From NCBI GenBank assembly GCA_043228905.1, contig JBHGNT010000017.1, forward strand, positions 14,818,001 through 14,882,000: 64,000 bases of DNA, in the 5' to 3' direction. The translations under genes and the position numbers were made by a program. The notes under the pieces were generated by a model. The model ran no database searches and was not told where the DNA came from. It worked only from the letters and a program-made list of their open reading frames with translations. This DNA comes from Azolla caroliniana. Lineage: Eukaryota > Plantae > Polypodiophyta. Shown here in pieces: positions 55,431-64,000 of this stretch. Numbering within the stretch: the first letter of the stretch is position 1; each line of letters starts with the position of its first letter.

Positions 55431-55498
55431 GGTGGAGCATGTGGTTTAATTCGATGCAACGCAAAGAACCTTACCAGGGCTTGACATGCCGCAAATCC
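55431..55498 (+). pseudogene. Plastid/cyanobacterial-type 16S rRNA fragment (probable NUPT)
   Basis: GGTGGAGCATGTGGTTTAATTCGATGCAACGCAAAGAACCTTACCAGGGCTTGACATGCCGC.AATCC matches the conserved SSU segment preceding V6. Confidence 0.85.
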
Positions 55499-56315
55499 AA
55501 AAATAGCTTTATAGAACCTCAGATCAGGGGTTGGTGGAACGTTTATCAACCACAACTATTCATAAACTCCTTTCAAGAGGAAAGGGTTTTGAATCGGCTT
55601 TGGAAGACGGAGGCGTTGTTTGGTTAAATGATGCAACTGGTACGAGGTGTATTATTCATCCTACCTATCGTATTGTGGTGTGCATGTGTTCCTTTGTGCC
55701 ACCCTTTTAGCACACCCTTTTTAGCATCCATGTAGCTAAGCCAACCCATCCTTTTAGCACACCCTTTTTCACATGCATGTAGCTAAGCCAACCCAAATGG
55801 GTACCTTTGTATCGACTATAAATTGAGCAAGAAGTAAGAAGCTAAGCAAGCTAGTTTTGATCTCTTTATGTGCATTTCACAATATTTTTACAAATATAAG
55901 AATGTGAGCTTTAGTATGTGGGGTATATCTATGTTATTATCTATCTAACCAACAACCTAATATCTGAAAATATATGAAGGAAAACAGCAACATTTCCTCA
56001 AGCACTAAAGGGTGAACAACATGTGCTTACACACCTACAAAACCACTTACCTATTAAGTAAACATGTTACGTGAAGTGCACATAACTCTTTTATTGGAAC
56101 ACCAACCATTGAAACATGCCCTAAACATTGGCCTATTGATACTTGTTTTAAGGCCATTCCTTCATGTGGTTTGAATGTGTTATAGATTGACCTACTACGA
56201 GTCAAAATGAGTGGATTGAATTTCTAAATTTGTTTTTTTCTGAAGATATTGCTGTCACTAAGAAGATCAATCGGAAACAGCCATCATGTTCAACTAACTA
56301 TTCATGTTAAAAGGT

Positions 56316-58430
56316 TTACACAATGCTCAAATCTACATCTTGCCACTCTCCTACACTTGCATACATGTTTGAAAGTATGACATAAGGTGAGCAATGCTCT
56401 GGATTGGTTTGAAAACAATGATTTGCAGCTTTGATTCCCCGCTCAATATCGTTATGTATGTTACATGCACCTAATATACAAACCCATGCCATATCAACAT
56501 TCTCAAATGGCATCAAGTCGATCAAACCCTCAGCTTCATCCATAAGGCCGACTCGTCCAAGAAGGTCAATAAGGCATGCATGATGATCGAATGAGTGTTT
56601 GATCCCGAACTCACCCATTGTCACGAAAACACGTTTTCCCTCATCTAAGCATCCTGCAAAGTTGCATGCAAAGAGAAGACATATAAATGTTATGGAATTC
56701 GGTTTCTTTCCTTCGACTATCATTCGATCAAAAAGCTCAAGAGCAAGATTTCCATAGCCATTAAGAGCCGCAGCTCCTATTACTGCATTCCATGAGGCAA
56801 CATCTTTGTAAGCCTTTCTGTTAAACGCAACCAATGTGTTGCAAAGACTCCCGCATTTCCCATACATATTTACAAGGGCATTTGTCAACACATCAATCTC
56901 ATCATAACTTGCACAAACAAGGGCCTCATGAATTAATTCTCCTCCTCCAAGGTCCGCCAAGCTCGAACATGCATCCAAAACACACAAAAAAGTCACTTCA
57001 TTAGGCTCTAACCTATCTGAGTAAAGCTCTTGAAATAGACCCAATGCTTCTATACCAAGTCCATTCTCTGTAAAAGCAGATATTAAAGTGTTCCATGAAG
57101 CGATATCTCGTTCATTCATCCTCAAAAAAAGATCATATGCAGCCTCGAGATGCCCACTTTGAGCATGTGCGGAAATCATGGCATTCCATGAGATGATATC
57201 TCTTGGGCACAACTTGTCGAACACAAATTGGGCATCATTTAGACTCCCACATCTACCATACGTACTAATGACTTTATTGCCCACCTCAACATTTTCATCA
57301 TATCCATTATCAATGATGATTAACTGCACTTTTTGGCATTCTTTGAGAAGCACTAAGTTTGAGCATGCATCAAGGGCGCAAAGAAAGGTAATCTTGTCTG
57401 GTTGGACATCATTTTTGCACAACATTTGACCAAAAAGCATCAAAGTCTCGTGGCTCTTTCCATTTCCAAGAAACGCATCCATCATGGCATTCCAAGAAAC
57501 CACATTTTTCCTAGGCATAGCATTGAAGGTGGACATAGCGCTGGTCAAGTTTCTACATTTTCCATACATAGTTAGTAAAGAAGTTGATACTCCCACGTCT
57601 TTCTCAAGTTGTTCTTCAAGGACCAAGGCATGAATTATTGCTCCCTCTTCACAAACCTCATTATCCACGACATCTTGTCTAGATGCGAGATTGGAACAGG
57701 CTCCAATTCCACATATAAAAGTAACCCTATTCGGCTTAAAACCTTCTCCTTTCATGCCATGAAAAAGCTTGAGAGCTCGCCTTTCGTGGCCATTGTTAGC
57801 GAATGAAGAAATGACGGCATTCCACGAGACAATGTCTCGATCGAATCGATGGAAGACATACATTGCTAGATCCAGCAAGTTGCACTTACCATAGAAATTC
57901 ACAATAGTAGTACCGATGATCACATCCTTCTCAAATCCATTATGCAGAATGATAACATGCAACCTCTGACCTTCATTCACTGATCCAACACTTGCATAGG
58001 CATTAAGCACAGAAATGAAAGATACTTTATCAGGAATCATACACCGAATGATCATGTCACGATACATTTGCATTGCCATAGCGGCATGGCCATGATGATG
58101 TAAAGCAGAGATGATGGTATTCCAAGTGACCACATCAGGACATGGCATGGCATGGAAGGCGTGGCATGCCATGGAGAGATAGCCATTGTCTGCACAGGCT
58201 TTGATGAGTATGTTCCAAGAGATGAGGTTAGGGCTTACCAGGCTATGGAAAACGGCGCAAGCTTCTTCCACGCATCCACATAGACCATACATCTCGATGA
58301 GGAAGTTTCCCAGGTAAGGGGAGAGATGGGGTGAGATCTCGCAGAGGTGGGAATGGAGGCATCTGCCCTGTTGGAGAGCTCTTGCTCTGCCAAAGCTCTT
58401 GAACAGAGAAGCAAAGGAGGTTTGATTCAT
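56316..58430 (-). CDS. PLS-class pentatricopeptide repeat protein with E domain, no DYW
   Basis: Intronless 704-aa ORF with repeated P-L-S motifs (LIEMYGLCG, DIVSWNAVI, PNEVTFLCVLDAC), HHACLIDLLGRVG and the E motif YVILSNMYA. Confidence 0.93.
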   Translation of the reverse strand: MNQTSFASLFKSFGRARALQQGRCLHSHLCEISPHLSPYLGNFLIEMYGLCGCVEEACAVFHSLVSPNLISWNILIKACADNGYLSMACHAFHAMPCPDVVTWNTIISALHHHGHAAMAMQMYRDMIIRCMIPDKVSFISVLNAYASVGSVNEGQRLHVIILHNGFEKDVIIGTTIVNFYGKCNLLDLAMYVFHRFDRDIVSWNAVISSFANNGHERRALKLFHGMKGEGFKPNRVTFICGIGACSNLASRQDVVDNEVCEEGAIIHALVLEEQLEKDVGVSTSLLTMYGKCRNLTSAMSTFNAMPRKNVVSWNAMMDAFLGNGKSHETLMLFGQMLCKNDVQPDKITFLCALDACSNLVLLKECQKVQLIIIDNGYDENVEVGNKVISTYGRCGSLNDAQFVFDKLCPRDIISWNAMISAHAQSGHLEAAYDLFLRMNERDIASWNTLISAFTENGLGIEALGLFQELYSDRLEPNEVTFLCVLDACSSLADLGGGELIHEALVCASYDEIDVLTNALVNMYGKCGSLCNTLVAFNRKAYKDVASWNAVIGAAALNGYGNLALELFDRMIVEGKKPNSITFICLLFACNFAGCLDEGKRVFVTMGEFGIKHSFDHHACLIDLLGRVGLMDEAEGLIDLMPFENVDMAWVCILGACNIHNDIERGIKAANHCFQTNPEHCSPYVILSNMYASVGEWQDVDLSIV

Positions 58431-58668
58431 GCATGTGTAAAGGCAGGAGTTGTTCCTGCCCCTGCTTCTTCTTCTTCTTCTCCTTCTTCATCCATGGCTA
58501 TGTCATTTACTGTTGGAGGTAAATGATGGGTGGGCCACTCTAAACCAAACCCTAAAACGCTAAACCCTAAACTGATGGTGGCAGAATTCGGTTTATCGGC
58601 TCGTTCTGTCAGGCGATGATCGTGTGTGTGTGCATGTCCTCTCTCACCTCGCATTCTCATCTTATGTC

Positions 58669-59154
58669 TAGCAATCGGCAAAAACTGTTCAAACCGAACC
58701 GTGGAACCGCAGATTAACGGCTTAAGAATTTCCGTTCGGGTCTAGGTTTTTGTAAACAGTTCGGTTTGAGCCTTTATCAGTTTAACGGTTTTCGTAAAAA
58801 ATGGTTTGAACCCACGGCTCAACGGTTTAAATAGTTCAAACGGCTTAAATTTTTAAAATTTTGAAATATTGAAAGTTTTTAAATCTTTAATATTAAAATA
58901 TAAAGTTTTGAATTTTGATCTAACTGGAATACCAGAACAAAACAACGAAATTGCGGTTTTTAACAATTTAAAGGTTTGAAAATCTCTAAAACCATTTGGT
59001 TTGAGCTTGAATTTTTTGTAATGGTTCGGTTTAAACGACTTTGGTTGAAACTGTTATGTGGCTCAGTTCGGTTCGGTTTAAGTTTCATTTTTTTTAACGG
59101 TTTGAGTTTGACACCCTTGATTTGAACCGAGAACCTTACTGTTGCCGATTGTTA
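58669..59154. mobile_element. hAT-like MITE just upstream of the PPR gene
   Basis: TIRs TAGCAATCGGCAA/TTGCCGATTGTTA, degenerate 8-bp TSD CTTATGTC/CTTGTGTT and many AACCG/CGGTT subterminal motifs. Confidence 0.75.
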
Positions 59155-59869
59155 CTTGTGTTGTAACATACCACGAATCTCGCCTTATGCATTGTTGTGT
59201 ATCGATTATTTGGTGTCGTGTTTGATAGAATCTCAGTTTTTTTTCAAGTGGCATGGTTAAAGCTCGTTTACGTTGTCATTTATACATTATGTATCAAATA
59301 TATAGAAAGAAAATGGTGCCTACAATGTACAACATATATGGTTTAGTTTCTTTGATCGTGATCGTACGTTCTACAAGCAAGATAGTACGTAAATAGTCAT
59401 GTCACCGTACAACATTATTGACCTATAATTCATATTTTGCCAAAACATACAATTTAGAATGATTTTATGTTTAAGACCACATTTTTGAGGTTTGTGTATT
59501 TTACAAAATCCTTAAGCCCATGATGTTCTTCACAGTTTGCTAATTCAATCAGTAATTGCATATATCATCAATCCAACTATATGTCCCCATCTTTACCATT
59601 TTGCATAGGTTGTGGTAAGCAACAATTCATGTATCAACTTGACGGGGAAATTTAAAGCATTGCAATGTATCGTTCCATGTGTGAAAAAGCAAGAAGTCAT
59701 CGGGTTTGACTTGGTTGTCACATCATGTGAGTAGCCAACCAATATGCACTTCTCCGACTTTGGGTCCAACTATCTTCGTCTCTCACCCGGTACATGCACA
59801 TAAGTTATGCTACTGAATATCCTCATGTGTCATAATTTCAGCTTATGCTTGAAATATAGCTTGTGTGCT

Positions 59870-60090
59870 GACACCTTGTCCCTGATTCAGTTTTGGAGGT
59901 AGACAATCGTCCGGACCGCTTCGGCCTAGTAGAACTTGGGCATGCTCTTCTCTTCTAGCATCGCCTGTGCCGCTTCCACAACTGACTGGTTCTTCCGCTC
60001 AACTACGCCGTTTGGTTCCGGCGTATATCTACAACCAAATTTTCGCTGAATTCCCTTCTGCTACAAATAAATGTTGAATTGGTTGGAAAA
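59870..60090 (-). mobile_element. Copia integrase fragment
   Basis: KGIQRKFGCRYTP..NGVVERKNQSVVEAAQAMLEEKSMPKFY*AEAVRTIVYLQN. Confidence 0.85.
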
Positions 60091-60192
60091 GGCGTAGTGC
60101 TCTCTCGTTTATCATCAAGTTAGAGCCTCACCAACTAAATTGGTAAAAAGTATTTGGTTGGACATGTTCATACTTTGAAGGGTTAATGGGAT

Positions 60193-60487
60193 TGTTGAGA
60201 GTCGAACTCAACTTCCCATAGTAATAGGTTTCACACTAGCTCATGGTCATACTAGGCTAGTTTTGTAAATAGTAGAAAGTACACTTGCCCTAGTTTAGTT
60301 GGTATTTAAACCAACCCCTTGTAACTTAGTTACTATTGGAAGTATTTTGGTTAATGTAATATACAATCTTTTATTTTTGTCTTAAGCTCTCTCACTCTCT
60401 CTCTCTCTGTTTTGCCTTACGTGCATACACACACACACACAGTCCTTCATCTGCATCTCAGCCACTCTTGCTCCTCATTTTATTACA
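60193..60487 (+). mobile_element. Short solo LTR (295 bp)
   Basis: TGTTG...TTACA termini with perfect 5-bp TSD GGGAT. An empty-site paralog lies at about 60727-60790. Confidence 0.85.
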
Positions 60488-61012
60488 GGGATTGTATTAT
60501 TGGAGACTTTGACGATAAAGTTGTTAGCACCATCAATTTCTTACTTTGTGGAAAGCTACTCCAATTATGTCCTCGAAGAATGGCACTCCTTTTTGACACT
60601 TTCAATCACTAGAATGGTTGTTTCCTCCACCGACCACATAAGAATCAGAAATTTGTAATTTGTTTACACTATACTATCAAAGGGATATCTTTTGGTTAAA
60701 ACACCACATGCTGAATTGGTTTCAAATATTTGGTTAGACATACATAGTTCATACTTTGAAGGGACAATGGGATGGTATTGTTGGAGATTCTGATGCTAAA
60801 ATTGCTTAACGGCATGAGTTTATCACTATATGGAAAGCTACTCCATTCATGACAGCCAATTGTGATACTCCTTATTGGCATTTTCAACCTCCGAAATGGT
60901 TGTTTTCCCCACTGATCACATAGAATTTAAAATATTGTAAAATGGTTACACTAATGACAAGATATCTTCATAAAAACAAAGGGATATCTTTTTAAAAAAG
61001 AAGAAAAAGAAA

Positions 61013-61166
61013 ATACATCCATCCATCCATCCATACACACACATCCATCCATCCATCCATACATAAATACATACATTTGCATACATACATACATTCACAA
61101 ACACATACATGCATAAATACATACATACATACAACACATACATACATAATCACGATTCACATACTG

Positions 61167-61204
<38 letters not shown>

Positions 61205-61350
61205 TACATAAACACACACACCGACACACATACATAAGCACATGTACATACATACATACATACACACATAACTTATTACATACATACACATACATACATA
61301 ATAAACACATGTACATACATACATACATACATACATACATACATACACAA
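61013..61350. repeat. Compound (ATCC)n/(ATAC)n/(AC)n microsatellite
   Basis: Directly visible in the sequence. Confidence 0.95.
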
Positions 61351-62016
61351 ACATATATGGTTTTGTCCGTGTTCACACCTAGGTGAGGCCAATAGCTTGA
61401 AACGTTTCTCTGCTCTAGGTCTTTATCTTCCTCTGCTCTGTTCCGGTTCTGTTCCTCTGCTCTCTTCTCTCACCTTTCTCCTTTCTTCTTCTTCTCCTTT
61501 CTTCTTCTTCTTCTTCTGCATCAAATCGAAACAGATCCCCCTCTCGCTCCTTCCAGGTGCTGTAACTTTTACCCTTATTTCAATAACCTTTGTGTTAAAG
61601 AAAAAGTAGTGTTGTGATTTTGTTTATAGTTTGATTCTCTTCTTTTATGCAAAATTCTTTGTTCTTTTGCTGTGTTATGTTTATCCCCTCCTCTTTCCCT
61701 GCTCTGTTTTTTCTTGTTTTTTTTATATATGCGTGTATATTGCTCCATTTCTTTTTGTTTTCCATATATGTATGCAAATATTTGTGTTTTCTTTGGTCTG
61801 GTTCTCAATCTCAATCACGATGTTTCATGGATGAACCAATTCCTTTCCTTTTATTGTTACATATGGAGAACATGTTATGCTCCGTTTTTGGAGTAATTGT
61901 TTTTGTTTCCGCCTTCCTATGGTTTTTGGATTTTCTCAGAAAATCCCCGTCTCTTTCAGGTTTCTTATAGTACCATTGTCTGGATTAGTACTACGTTCTA
62001 TCATTGTGTTTATCTG

Positions 62017-62450
62017 TAATACAATGGTTTTAATGCTAATGATCGGTAAATACCAATATTTATATTTGTACCAATTTAACTGTTTTGATAACTGGACACC
62101 TTTTTCTGATTGGTAAAACCAAATTAATTTTTTTCTTAATTCGAGCTACTAAATATGTAATACCATGGTTTGTATGTAAGTGATCAGCAAACACCAATAT
62201 TTATATCTGTAAGTATGACTGTTTTGATAACTGTACAGACAAATGTTTTGATTGCTAAACACCTTTTTCCTGATCGATGAAACCAAATTGGTTTTTCTTT
62301 ATTCGAGTTACTAAGTAATACCATGGTTTGTATGTCAATGATCGGTAAACACCAATATTTATATTTGTAAGTAAAACTGTTTCAATAACTGTACACAATT
62401 GTTTTGATTTGCTAGACACCTTTTTTCTGATTGATAAAACCCAATTTTTG
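62017..62450. repeat. Three ~150-bp tandem repeats in the probable MBS1 5'-UTR intron
   Basis: Units starting TAATAC.ATGGTTT at about 62017, 62158 and 62316 share CCAATATTTATAT.TGTA and CACCTTTTT.CTGAT. Confidence 0.85.
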
Positions 62451-62539
62451 TTTTTTCTTAAATCTCAGAAAACCAAATTTTGTGTCTTTCGTAAAGCGAG
62501 TTACTAAATCTGTTTGTGGTTTAGTACCCATCTCTCACA

Positions 62540-62857
62540 ATGACAGGTAAAGCAAAGCCGAAGAAGCATACGGCGAAGGAGATTGCGGCCAAAGTGGATG
62601 CAGCAACCACAAACAGGGGAGGTGGGAAAGCAGGCCTCGAGGATCGAATTGGTGCCGACAAAGGCGGCCATGCCAAGATGGCATGCCCTGTTTGTAAAGC
62701 CACCGCGCCTGACGTTAAAAGCATGCAAATCCATCATGAAGCTAAGCACCCCAAACTTCCCTTTGAAGAAAGCAAGATAATTAACCTTCATGCATGTACT
62801 TCGGCAGACCCCAATGCGAAGCCGAAACCTGGTGTTCGTGGGAGCTTGAAGAAATGA
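62540..62857 (+). CDS. MBS1: METHYLENE BLUE SENSITIVITY 1-like C2H2 zinc-finger protein (singlet-oxygen signalling)
   Basis: MTGKAKPKKHTAKEIAAKVDAATTNRGGGKAG...CPVCK...MQIHHEAKHP...KPKPGVRGSLKK, 105 aa. Probable 5'-UTR intron at about 61557-62525. Confidence 0.93.
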   Translation: MTGKAKPKKHTAKEIAAKVDAATTNRGGGKAGLEDRIGADKGGHAKMACPVCKATAPDVKSMQIHHEAKHPKLPFEESKIINLHACTSADPNAKPKPGVRGSLKK

Positions 62858-64000
62858 TCCCCAAGTTCGCGAAGAAAATGATCCCCAAGTTTGTGAAAGA
62901 AATGAAACTAAGTTTGTGAAGAAATGAACTAAGTTTGTGTTGCCCCCATTTGTTTGTCTGTCCTTGGCTAGAAGATAGAAGAGAAATTGCACTCTCTCGC
63001 TTCTGTTATGGAAAAAGAGGGTGAAGAAAAAAGAAGGAACTATTATTTCGATAGACTTGTGAATTATTACTTTGGCTATCTAAACATTGGTTATAAACAT
63101 TGGTTATCAAATCCATATCTTTTTTTAACCCAGAAACTTTTGGTCAGTGTTAAACGGATACTCCAGTTTACGTTGCTGTCTATTCCAATTTGTTACACAA
63201 AGGGATGATACTTTTGTTTCTCTCTATCATGTCTATGTAAATGTTTTCTGTGGTAAGAATACTCCTGACTTCATTTATGTTTATCTATACATGTATATAC
63301 ACATGCACATCATACATTTATATATGCGTTTCTGTGGCGATATATGATCATATACTATTGGACTTAATGGTATATATATGAAGCCTTTTATGACATCACA
63401 TTTTCATTCAATGTGTTTCCGCTTGTTTGCTTGCTTTGTTTGTTTGTGATCACAGTATTTTCGGGAGTTTGGTAGCGTAATTTTTTTCTTCCTTCATGTT
63501 AACAATTGGATGATTGGACGTTGAGAACAGTTACTATTTGAAGACATCGATTGCATCGGAGCTCCATCTGTGGCTTGCTATCAACTGTTTAACCTGTGTA
63601 GGAGGTAATGTATCACTAAGACGCAAAATCCTCGATGATTCTCATTTCTAGGAGTAAATTATTCAGAAGTATATTTGAAATGGATGTGTATTATTCTCTT
63701 TTTAGTCTAATAATTTCTGATGGGTCGGTTATTTGGATAAAAGTTAGAATGCGGAGAGAAAACTTAGCTGATGCCGATTAGCAACACATGGCAGTGCGAT
63801 ATGAATCCATGAGAACTCGATACAATGATTCTGTCCATCTCGCTTTTAGGTTTTGAGAATCTCTCGGGATACCTGTCCATCTGCTTTTTATGTTTTGAGA
63901 ATCTCTCGGGATCCTCGAAACATCAAGTTGTGTACATTCTCGTGATGATTACTGCACCGATCTCTTGGGAACTTGTTACTATGGTATCTTTTTGCCAATA

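Noticed and set aside
60946-61376. MYVC-rich ORFs (also 23888-24269)
   Set aside because: Translations of ATAC/AC microsatellites.
48949-62857. HSP70, PPR and MBS1 as a stress or organelle-signalling gene cluster
   Set aside because: Genes are separated by TE debris with no shared regulatory signature. Proximity is plausibly chance.
62504-62992. 162-aa minus-strand ORF
   Set aside because: Antisense shadow of MBS1.

Overview
Eukaryotic nuclear DNA from a land plant (AT-rich, GT-AG introns, microsatellites). The PLS-class PPR gene style suggests a fern or other non-seed plant, which is an inference. Five apparently intact genes: a NIMA-related kinase (NEK5/6-like, 22620-28505 +, about 14 exons), a DUF639 gene (35032-41370 -), cytosolic HSP70 (48949-51486 -, one intron, heat-shock element upstream), a PLS-E PPR gene (56316-58430 -) and MBS1 (62540-62857 +). 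The 5' end of a possibly intact PR-1/CAP gene runs off the left edge. The most unusual part is 1-10.4 kb: nested inverted duplications carrying three PR-1 copies, plus a same-strand mosaic of intron-containing, internally deleted fragments of NEK, PR-1, quinolinate phosphoribosyltransferase (QPT, fused in frame to PR-1) and mitochondrial-type Cpn60. The rest holds TE debris: two solo LTRs with TSDs, hAT and Mutator MITEs with TSDs, a probable decayed Helitron containing a polyadenylated 5S fragment, LINE/Copia/Gypsy remnants and a plastid-type 16S fragment. All homologies were recognised by eye and no searches were run. I do not see a clearly new functional system; the gene-fragment mosaic and palindrome are the best candidates.
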